NCBI GenBank assembly: GCA_951406725.2
Contig: OX597823.1
Coordinates: 62,434,001-62,498,000 of the forward strand
DNA length: 64,000 nucleotides
Direction of reading: 5' to 3'
Source of the DNA: Octopus vulgaris
Taxonomy: Eukaryota
Positions 53,619-64,000 of the stretch are shown in pieces. Within the stretch, counting starts at the first letter, position 1. Each line of letters opens with the position of its first letter. The notes under the pieces are model-generated. The model did not search any database. It was not told the origin of the DNA and saw only the letters and a program-made list of their open reading frames with translations. A program made the translations under genes and the position numbers.

Positions 53619-53756
53619 CCGCCTAATTGTGGTATAATTTCTCATTCCCACTCTAAACGACTTTATAAGCCTCCTACCCTGCGACAGATGCTGCTGCTGC
53701 TGCTATTCTTGTTATTTCGTTTGCAACTAAAAGACGTCATTTGGGAGCTTGTCATT
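53619..53756 (+). other. Candidate plus-strand exon
   Basis: Acceptor GTTTCTTTCAG, donor ATT|GTAAGT, 138 nt open. Confidence 0.35.
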
Positions 53757-54026
53757 GTAAGTTGTCACTAAAAGTTATTATTAATCTTTCTTTTTTTTTT
53801 TTTTTTAAGAAAGTAATTTTGGTTTTTGTTGTGCCATTTTATTATTTAGTCTTGCGTCACTTGTAAAATTTTCGTTCATTCAGGACGAATTTTGTGGCCT
53901 TTTTAATACTGAAGTTACATATTTTTTTCTTTTAAATGTGATTTCGCAAATCCACTGGGCAATTTAACTGTTCCAACTTCGAATATATTACTGATTTCTT
54001 ACTACTGCCTGTTAACAGAGTTATAT

Positions 54027-54254
54027 ATGAACAACACTGGTAATATCAGCAACAAAAACAACGATGAAAACAGCATAAATGAAAAGACATGTAAATGCGA
54101 CACTACCACCTCTAGTTTGCAGAGAAGGAGCAAAAGCCTTGCAAAACTGTTCAGTCGCTTCCAACTATCTGACAGTCGCTTCCAACTATTTCGCGAATGT
54201 GCCAATGTAAACATGGTCAAACCACATCGGGTTATCCAGGTCTTATATATTTAG
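54027..54254 (+). CDS. Candidate first coding exon or small ORF (MNNTGNISNKNNDEN...RRSKSLAKLFSRFQL)
   Basis: Acceptor GTTAACAG at 54018 just upstream; non-repetitive 75-aa ORF. Confidence 0.25.
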   Translation: MNNTGNISNKNNDENSINEKTCKCDTTTSSLQRRSKSLAKLFSRFQLSDSRFQLFRECANVNMVKPHRVIQVLYI

Positions 54255-54259
54255 AATAT

Positions 54260-55330
54260 TCTGTAGGCTAGTAGATAAAGACAGCAAAAGCTGTCCTCAT
54301 TTTAAAATCGTTGGCTGCACAAGCCACAATTAGTGATCTATATGACCAGTCCAGACAGGGTTGGAAGGCAGAAACCTGGTTACTGGCAGTCGAACGTGTT
54401 ACTCCCGGTGCGCCAAGCTTACAGAGACCAGATTAACGATTTTGTCATGCGGACATTAATAGTGGTCCACTCTGAAAAGGGCGATCAGAATAAAATCAAT
54501 TACGCTTAGTAAGGTCGTAACGATACAATAGCGGGAAACTTAGTTAAAAACTTAGAATAAACACTTAAGAAAAGCATCGCAACCGCTATGCCTGAGGCGA
54601 GATTGGCCCTCGGCCAAGTCTTCAATGCAAAACACGAAGGCTTCATTGTAAGAGCTGGGACAGAGAGTGACGAAAGCCGTTCGATAGACCCAAGTGGTAA
54701 AGAGGCAACGTTGAAACGAAGGTAATTCGGTCTTTAGCTTATTATAATGGACACATGCTACTCACACCCAAGTATCAACTTCTTCAACTTCATCTACGGT
54801 TTTTAGCAGTACCTCAATCAACTGTTTGGAACGTGTGCTCACCTCGGTGTCCTGTCGCGACTCTCGGCAAGAAAGGTGATGGAATGTTGCGGAGAAGTCC
54901 TTAAGACCCACAGAAATACAGGATGGAGTGATTGGCTACATGGGTGAGGGAATCGCTTGATTTGGATGTTCTGTTCTACGAACTTTACATTCACATGCCA
55001 GGCTTACGTAGAGACCTCTTGGCAGATAGCTGCCGCAACTGCAAAATGTGGCAACAACAAAACGGGGAAATGCTTAGTTGTATAAGTTGAGGAACCGTGA
55101 GAGACAGTCATCTTCCTGTTTGGCCAGACCCTTATCATCTTTTTTTTTTTTTCAAACCTCACTAGAAAAAGAAAGCGAAAATGGAGAGTGAAGTGCTGCC
55201 TTCTAGCAAATTTATTCAAAGATGGCTTAGGGTGTAAAGGAAATCTGAGTGGCCAAGCCAGCCCCGAGCATGCCCCTGCAGACTGAGAGGGTAGGATAAG
55301 GAAAAGACATCTAGAAATCAGGGTAACCGT
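54260..55330 (+). mobile_element. Highly degraded L1/Tx1 ORF2 3' remnant
   Basis: CSPRCPV zinc-finger-like segment; ESEVLPSSKFIQRW resembles the end of the 51860 element. Confidence 0.55.
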
Positions 55331-55795
55331 AATTTCGTGGAGTTTCCTCGAACAACCTTCGAAAGTTTCCCCTCTATGGAGTAATTAATTATTATTTAAA
55401 TTTTTCTTTTTCGTTTCGTTTAGGCGCAATAGTGGCTGTGTGGTAAGTAGCGTACTGCGTGGCATCTTGGGCAAGTGTCTTCAACTATAGCTTCGGGCCG
55501 ACCAAAGCCTTGTGAGTGGATTTGGTAGGTGTTGAATTGATCGCTCAGCAACGTGAGATGAAGCGTTTTGCTTAAGAACACAACGCACCAGCCAGAATAT
55601 TTGCTGTAGTCCATCGTTTATACCAAGATTTTATTGTTTAATTATCATTGTTTTTATTGCTTACAAGCGTTAAATCCCTTTTTATCGTCTTGTGTTGTCT
55701 TTTATGTTGTGTCATGTCATTTTATGTATATTTATATTAGCCCCTGTAGCCAATAAAAGAATGAATTATCATTATTATTACTATTATTATTATTA

Positions 55796-55866
<71 letters not shown>

Positions 55867-56431
55867 TACTCTTAATCTGCATGTTTATCACAATCACTTG
55901 CCGAGATACACCCAGCATCCTAGGGCGAGTGAAGGATAAAAGATGTTACAGTATGACTGAAAGTTTGGGGAGGGGAAGTGGCGGGGGCAGTAGCAGGGGC
56001 AGTGCAACACAGACATTTGAATTAATAGGGTTTTTATAAGGATGTGGGCAGTACCTGTCAGCATAATCTTTTGGATTTCTCTGAGACATGGTTCTCCTGA
56101 GATATTATCTAGATGTTTCTGAGACATGGTTCTCATGGGATATTATCTAGCAGTGGGTGCCTTATCAATTACCCACAATTACAGGAACAGTTCCTGCTTT
56201 AAGATGCTACATCTTTTGTATTTCAATTTCCAGGTCTTTATATTTACTTATAATTTTCACAGTAAGATTTTCATAAATTCAAAGCCTTTTAGTACGCAGT
56301 TTTAATTTTATTATTTGCTGCTGATTATGTGACTGCGCTTGCGCGGTTGGTTTGAAAACAATGTATAAGCATGCAGCACGCACGTGTGATTTTGTTATGT
56401 ATTAGCTACATAATTATGCATTGTTTCAGCG

Positions 56432-56500
56432 ATCCCACTGACGAAGTACAGATAACATATTAATTTATTCATCATTAATACAGAAACTCGAGTTTGGGAT
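56432..56500 (+). ncRNA. Type I hammerhead ribozyme motif
   Basis: ATCCCA-CTGACGA-A GTA..TAC A-GAAAC TCGA GTT-TGGGAT; 6-bp stem I; palindromic stem III. Confidence 0.75.
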
Positions 56501-56619
56501 TAACTACAAATAATTTTTGTTTTCATTCTCCTTGGAATTACTTTGGGCTTGGCTGCCCTTCCTAGCATGTAAGGCGTCCTGTCAAGTGTCACCTCTCTGA
56601 GTATAAATACTTACACACT

Positions 56620-56702
<83 letters not shown>

Positions 56703-56726
56703 ATGTATGAATGTATGTATTCAAAT

Positions 56727-57125
56727 AAGCGTGACTGTGATAAGTAGCTTGCTTACCAACCACATGGTTCCAGGTTCAGTCCCACTGTATGGCACTCTGG
56801 GCAAGTGCCTTTCACTGTATCCTCGGGCCAACCAAAGCCTTGTGAGTGGATTTGGTTGACGGAAACTGAAAGAAACTCGTCGTATATGTGTGTGTACGTG
56901 TGTGTTTGTGTGTGTGTGAGTGTGTGTGTGTGTGTGTGTGCCTGCAGCATCGCTTGGCAACCGATGTTAGCGTGTTTACGTCCCCGTAAATTATCGGTTC
57001 GACAAAAGAGGCCGATAGAATAAGTACTAGGCTTACAAAGAGTAAATCCTGGAGTCGATTCGCTCGACTAAAGGCGGTTCTCCAGCATGGCCGCAGTCAA
57101 ATGAAACAAATAAAAGAATAAAAGA
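56727..57125 (+). mobile_element. SINE A (further copies at 49010-49380, 62535-62830 minus, 63250-63640 minus)
   Basis: Family A sequence. Confidence 0.88.
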
Positions 57126-58150
57126 ATATAAATCCCAAAAAAATTATGATAACTAAGAAAAATTCTATGTATATTTTAAACATCTTTTTGTTCATTTTTA
57201 TTTTCCTTTAAATATCACCTACTGAGAGTACAAATTTGACCATTACGATGTTTTATTCATGAATATCTTGGTCCATTTGTAAGAAACAATTGTGAAGGAA
57301 TATTAAAATAAAAACTAAAATCCATTTTAACATCCAATTTCCTTCATTTTATAAATACGAAAAAATTTGTTGAACTTTGTTTAATAAGTTAAGTCATATA
57401 GAGATTATTTCTATACAATCTTTCATACCTATACGGATTTTTAAAAAAATTCGAAAGTAAAGTATGAAGAAAAGACATTAGAAATCAAAAGAAAACATTC
57501 CAGTTAAAGGGCGAACATGCATTCATCCGACCGATAATATATATATATCTGTATGTATGTATATATATATTTATATATATATATATATATATATATAATA
57601 TCATACCCGTTCTGTCTGTCTGTGTATGTGTCTTCTAGGATCTCGGGCATCCTCCATCCGATTGCGCTCAAATTTGATATGTAGATACCGACGGTATCAG
57701 GGCGTGTATATGTCTTGAAAAATTTGCAAAAATCGATTCCAGGTGAGAATACGATCGATAAAGCCGTGGGAATGTGCATTTGTACGTGCAAGTACATCAG
57801 CTGTTGCGATCGATACGACGCGTACGCGAGAAAAATGCACGTGCAGTTTGCGCAAAAAAAGCCCAGTCTTTCGAGTTCTTTCACAGGCTTTAGAAAAACT
57901 GAAGGACCGCTGCAATGTAGAATAATATCATAATTAACTGATTTCCTTTATTTTCTTTTACCCAAATCCGGGACCTTTTCAGCACCATCTCATAGCTTTG
58001 TTTGTATTTTATGTTCCTTTTTGCATTTTGCTGTTCTTGGTTATGTTCTTGTTGTTGCTGCTACAGTTTAACCCCAAATTAGGCTTGATTGACCAAAGCT
58101 ATGATCAAATGCATCTCAGCCATGACAGTCTCGTATTTGATTTTCTTAGA

Positions 58151-58488
58151 GGCGTATGGCTCAATGGTTAGAGCGTCGAGCTTACGCTCGTGAGGTTGTG
58201 AGCTCGAATCCCGGACCGGGCTGCGTGTTGTGTACTTGAGCAAGACGCTATATTTCACATTGCTCCAGTTCACTCAGCTGTAAAGATGGGTTGCGACATC
58301 ACAGGTGCCAGGTTGTATCTGCTGTTGCCTTTCCCTTGGATAACACTAGTGGCATGGGGAGGGAGGGGAGGCCGGTATGCATGGGCGACTGCTGGTCTTC
58401 CATAAACAGCCTTGCCCGGACTTGTGCCTGGGAGGGTGGCTTTCTAGGTGCAATCCCATGGTCTGTGTCGTGACCGAAGGGAGTCTCA
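58151..58488 (+). mobile_element. SINE family D
   Basis: Near-identical to 313-632. Confidence 0.88.
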
Positions 58489-59033
58489 GATGTATGTATG
58501 TATGTATTATGTATGTATGTATGTATGTATGTATAGCGCGATGATAATTAAGGATAGACAGATGAACAAACCGACAGAGATAGATAGAGGGAGAGAGAGA
58601 TTAGTTGATTGATTGAAACATAATCGCACGCAAAGAGGCAGAGGGGGAGACAAAGAGAGTAAGGAGAGAAGCACACATTCCAAGTAAGGCAACATAATTT
58701 TTTTAAATATTAAGATTATAAAGCAGATATCCCTAAAATGACGTCACAAAATAAATCTTCCCAACACATAGGATGGCATTTGGGGAAGACTTCTGCTGTT
58801 ATTTCTAGTATCACACAGAGTTTGGTAGAGTTGACAAGACATTGCAGTTGTTGTTGGTGTTGTTGTTGTTGTCGCTGTTGTTGTTATTGTAGAGGGATAA
58901 GCCCCAGGTTAACCCTATTCAAGTAGACTTATGAATCCACTTCAGCTGTGGATACCACGGCTTAAGTGGATTCTAGATACAATCCTAGATACAAATATGT
59001 TTTTCAGGCTTTTTTGTATGTAGGATTATGTCT

Positions 59034-59073
<40 letters not shown>

Positions 59074-59078
<5 letters not shown>

Positions 59079-59276
59079 ATATGTGACCGCGTGTGTATCG
59101 TTGGCGATTTTCGTTCCCCGTCTTCCCTTCTTTGGACTTTTTTTATATTTCTGATGAAGAGCTCCGCTCGAAACGTGAAATCCTCTTTCTCTTCTTTCCT
59201 TTCCTGAGCGTCCAATAATACTGTACTTATTCCACGTCCTCGCATTGTTGTTTTTCTTGCTTGTTCATGTTTGGAT

Positions 59277-59280
<4 letters not shown>
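59074..59280 (+). mobile_element. pLTR-like mini-element between two (TA)n tracts, with a minimal hammerhead (59147-59181)
   Basis: ATTT-CTGATGA-A-GAGC TCC GCTC-GAAACGT-G-AAAT. Confidence 0.7.
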
Positions 59281-59310
<30 letters not shown>

Positions 59311-59312
<2 letters not shown>

Positions 59313-59986
59313 AAAATAGTAAAGAGTGAAAAAACGACAGAAGGCTTAAATGTTAAAAAATATATATATTTGCGTCAAAATGTCTGGAGAATATTGGAAA
59401 AATTTTTTTCCCTCCTTAAAATGACGTAATTTTATAATTTTTAAAGAAATACCGGTTTCGCAGTTAGCTCTTCAAATTTCTTGTGACTTAATGTTTATTT
59501 TTAATAACGTAATCCTTGTATTTTTGCTACGGAGAGTTCTAAATAAGGGAAAGTAGTGAGTGATTTCTTCCGGTGTAAGGGAGATAATCGCTTAAAATTT
59601 TTTTTTTCCTTTAGTGTGAATTTCTCTGTATTATTGAGTTCGGATAGTTGAGTCTGGGTTTGTACTTTTCAATGAAGAATGTTTCCTTATTTAGTCTAAT
59701 TTGTGATGATGATCCGAAAGCACATTGGTAAAATGGAAAGATTAAAAATTGTGGTTGTAGTTGCTTTGCGCATTTCTCAATGTGTTCACTAAAAGGTATC
59801 ATTCTATATTCTGGGAATGCAATCTGTTGTCGATGCAGTGTGCATCTACGTCTGAGTGATAGTCCCGTGGACCCCACGTAGTCTTGGTGGCAGCCCGAGC
59901 ATTTAATGACATAAATTATGTTTTCAGAGGCACAAGTAAAGTTAGATTTGATCTTGAATTTCTGTCCCTCTTTAAAGAAGAATTCA
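59311..59986 (-). mobile_element. 5'-truncated Penelope-like element: GIY-YIG endonuclease plus pLTR with hammerhead (59446-59480)
   Basis: FTCASENIIYVIKCSGCHQDYVGSTG..LRRRCTLHRQQI..HIEKC..RLNKETFFIEKYKPRLN without internal stops; (TA)n on both sides. Confidence 0.92.
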
Positions 59987-60004
59987 TATATATATATATA
60001 TATA

Positions 60005-61430
60005 CAGTATCTCACAGAAGTATGTACACCCCAAAATTTTCAGTAAAATTGCCATTACTCTGATAATATCGAAGGAAATCAATCGAAATTTATACTGAAT
60101 AAAATATATTATACATGCAAGCATTATACAAATTTGAAACATAAAGCAATAAACATTTTCAAAGATACGAAGGAAATATTAATTTTCAAACGATACAAAA
60201 ACATGTAGCCACTAAAGAATTATTTACTATATTCAATATTTGGTGTGACCGTCCTTGCTTTCAAAGACTGCATTAAATCTTCTGGGCATAGAGTCGACTA
60301 GATTTCCCATATAACCAATGAAATCGACTTCCATTCACCCTGTATTATATTGCAGGGTTTTTTCTCCCCAACCTTCCTTTTGAAAACATCCCACATACGT
60401 TCTATTGGGTTTAAATCAGGTGACATGGTAGGCCAAGGCAATACCTTTACCTTTTTATCTGATAAAGTCTCAGTCGTCATCTTTGATGTGTATTTAGGGT
60501 CATTATCATGTTGGAACATGGAATGTCTTCCTAGTTCCTTGATGATTCTTAACATTGTTTTCTTCAATGTCACAATAAATCCTTGAATCCATTGTTCTCT
60601 CAATAAAGTCCTCCCACACCAGTCATGCTCATGCATCCCCAAAGCATAACACTTATGCTTGGTAGTGAAGAGACGCTTCTTACGAGGAATGTGTCCATGG
60701 AGACCACACTGGTTCAAACTTCAACAGAATCTTTGGGTTGATACAATCTTTCCACCAACAGAGGACACTTCTTGGGCCAAAGACGAACCGGTACGTTGCT
60801 AGTCATCCATCACGCAACATGGATGTGGTAAACATCATGTGCAGTTAAAATAGAAGGACGACCTGAAAGATATTTATTGCTTAGCCACCCTGTAGCTTTG
60901 TACTTCTGAATTACTTCGGCGACTGTGTTTACGCTGATATGTATTCGTTTGCTAATTAACTTGTATCCTAAACCACTCTCGTGCAAATTAAGAATAATTG
61001 TTTTCAAATCTTCAGACAATTCTTTTCGTTTTGGTGCCATTTTAATCACAATGAAGATTTTCACCACGGTATACAAATCAGAATTCCTGCAGGTGCCATT
61101 ACAATGACTGGTGCAAAAATGCTGGGGGAAATAATTTATTAGACTGAAATTATCAGCAATATCTAAATATAGTTTTTAAAAAAAGTGGATAAAATATTGA
61201 ATATAGCAAATTTCCTTTAGGGTGTATATATTTTTGTAATGCTTGAAAATTAATATTTCGCTCATATCTTTGAAAATGTTTATTATTTTATTTTTCAAAT
61301 TTATATAATGTTTGCATGAATAATATATTTAATTCAGTATAAATTTCGTTTGGTTTTCTTCGATATTATCAGAGTAATGGCAATTTTACTGAAATTTTTT
61401 AAAGGGTATAAATGCTTCTGTGAGATACTG
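60005..61430 (-). mobile_element. Tc1-family transposon with long TIRs and defective transposase
   Basis: TIRs of about 200 bp starting CAGTATCTCACAGAAG, TA flanks; MAPKRKELSEDLK paired-like domain; FQHDNDPKY..WPTMSPDLNPIERMW. Confidence 0.95.
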
Positions 61431-61454
61431 TATATGTATATATAGATACATACA

Positions 61455-61536
<82 letters not shown>

Positions 61537-61615
61537 CATATATACATATATATATACATATATATATATATACATACATATATATACATATATATACATA
61601 TATATACATATATAT

Positions 61616-61651
<36 letters not shown>

Positions 61652-61669
61652 GTATATGTCTATGTGTGC

Positions 61670-62010
61670 GTGTAAAGTAAAAGAAAATAAAACAAAACCA
61701 AGGCAGCTTATTAGATCATTTAAAATATTTTGATTAATGTAAAAGCGGATCGAAATCAACGTTATACTTTTATCTAAATTTTCTCTCTACAACTTTCCTG
61801 CATATACACCTTGTCTCTGATGATGGAATACCCAGTGTATGGAGATGTTGATCAACATTTTGATCCATTACTTGGTGTGTCCAACAAACAGTTGTAAGAC
61901 ATTATTTACTTTTAGTTTTCCTTGTTCCGATTAACTTTTATATTAATTAAAATATTTTAAATGATCTGATAAGTTTGTCCTGTCTTGGTTTCGTTTTCCT
62001 CTTCCTTTAA
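61670..62010 (+). mobile_element. Fold-back PLE-derived mini-element with hammerhead (61812-61901)
   Basis: Inverted arms about 61680-61760 / 61922-62000; TGTCT-CTGATGA-long stem II-ACAAAC AGTT GTA-AGACA. Confidence 0.7.
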
Positions 62011-62154
62011 TGTATACTCGCTGACCCGGAAGTCAGCTACGGATCCCAGCTCCTACCTCCATTGTGAACTTGGATCCTAGCGGACTACCAATTAGAGTAC
62101 TTGGCGTACCTATTGGTTTAGATCATCAGTGACCTATGCCCTTCCTATTCTGTG

Positions 62155-62197
<43 letters not shown>

Positions 62198-62211
62198 GTG
62201 TGCGTGTGTAT

Positions 62212-62284
<73 letters not shown>

Positions 62285-62429
62285 ATGTACTGTTCCGTAA
62301 TAGAATGATTAACAAAAAAGTACTCCATCTGGTGAGAGATAAATATGATTTATTTAAAGGACACAATACATATCTTTAAGTGCTACTAATAGTTGTGTAT
62401 GTTGAGAAATATCTGAAACATATTCATCA

Positions 62430-62494
<65 letters not shown>

Positions 62495-62869
62495 TATAAT
62501 ATATATTTATAATATATATATATATATATATATCTTATACTTTTGCTTGTTACAATCATTAATCTGTGGCCATGCTGGGGCACCGCCTTCATGAATTTTA
62601 GTCGAACGAATCGACTCTGTCAGTGCATTTTTTTCTTTTTTGAGGCCTGGTCCTTATTCTAACGATATCTTATGCCGAACAGCTAAGTTACAGGGAGGTA
62701 AACACACCTACACCGGTTGTGAAGCGGTGGTGGGGGAACAAACAATAACACAAGCATACATACACACATACACATACATATATATATTTATATACGATGG
62801 GCTTCTTTTAGTCTCTGTCTACCAAAGCCACGCCTATATACATACATATATATATGTGTGTGTATATAT

Positions 62870-63150
62870 ATATATATTAATAAAAGCGAAATTCTGTCTT
62901 TCCGTCTGGGACCTCTGTATTTCAGTCTACACTTGCTCTACATAGACATACTCTTTTGGAATCAATATATCCGAGAATGAAAATCTGCCATTCGTTTGAC
63001 TCTTGAATATCCAGCATCAGGATCTGATTTAAAAGCATTTGGGTTGCTATTTCTAGCAGGTATACCCTGGCTGATTCACGCCGTCTTCGTTGGCGCTTAT
63101 CAGACGACATCAAAAATCAAGGGTTGCGTCGTTAATTTTACATCGAGATA
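62870..63150 (+). mobile_element. Possible Helitron 5' end with degraded helicase C-terminus
   Basis: TATTAATAAAAGCGAAATTCTGTC start; IRL..LKAFGLL..-like scrap. Confidence 0.3.
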
Positions 63151-64000
63151 AGAACTTTGGTACATACTGGCCAACAGTTCTGATTCAACTTGGGACTGGA
63201 ACAATAGAATGATTGCATTGCAGAATTAATAATACATTCTTTCATTCTTCATTCTTTTATTTGTTTCCGTCAGCTGACTGCTGCCATACTGGAGCACCGC
63301 CTTTAGTCAAACAAATCGACCCAGGACTTATTCTTTGTAAGCCTAGTACTTATTCTATCGGGCTCTTTTGCCGAAACGCTAAGTCACGGGGACGTAAACA
63401 CAACATCGATTGTCATGCGATGGTGAGGGGGAGACAAACACACACACACAAACACATACACACACATATATATATATGGCGGGCTTCTGTCAGTTTCCGT
63501 CTATCAAATCTACTCACAAGGCTTTGGTCGCCTCGAGGCTATAATAGAAGTCACTTGCCCAAGGTTCCACCCAGTGGGACTGAACCCGGAATCATGTGGT
63601 TGGAAAGCAAGCTTCTTACCACACAGCCGTATCCGCTGCACCTTATTCCCTCTATTGTGAGCGATATTCAGCTAGGGTCCTCACTTTTGCTCCAAATGCT
63701 GAGTTACCCTATCACCGAAGATCCCTCCCGGTGAAAACACATTTTTAGCAAGCTGGAGTCGCATCCCAAAGACTTGAGTATCTCTGCAGAGAAATTATTT
63801 CATCTTTAACAGCTTTCATTCTTATATCTATATGACTCGATTAGGGCCGACAATGTGTTACTACTCTCACATCCAGGACGTTGATACGCGCAATGACATT
63901 CTAGATCGTATCCCGAGAAGGAGTACTGGGTGACTGGCACCCCATCTCTGATGGATAGACTGTAAACTCTGGCCCACGGGTCTACTCTCTTTGACTGTCC

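Noticed and set aside
60298-61076. Active Tc1 transposase (likewise the mariner at 52500-53118)
   Set aside because: Frameshifts, stops and internal deletions remove part of the catalytic domain.

Overview
This is an AT-rich, repeat-dominated eukaryotic genomic window, most likely from an octopod cephalopod (Octopus), judged from its tRNA-derived SINE families and extreme microsatellite density. It contains no prokaryotic operon or CRISPR array, and most of the listed ORFs are microsatellite artefacts. Contents: four tRNA-SINE families; LINE remnants (L1/Tx1, RTE, CR1); Penelope-like element (PLE) GIY-YIG remnants; non-autonomous Helitrons; Tc1/mariner, hAT and piggyBac elements with intact TIRs and TSDs; one 5S rRNA pseudogene; and candidate exons of unidentified spliced genes. 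The most notable signal is a dispersed set of type I hammerhead-ribozyme (HHR) motifs, about 8 clear ones plus more degenerate ones. They sit in short PLE-derived units that are often folded back and mostly inserted in (TA)n tracts, suggesting a ribozyme-bearing, microsatellite-targeting family of mini-retroelements. All structures were parsed by eye; no alignment, folding or database search was run, and some boundaries are approximate.
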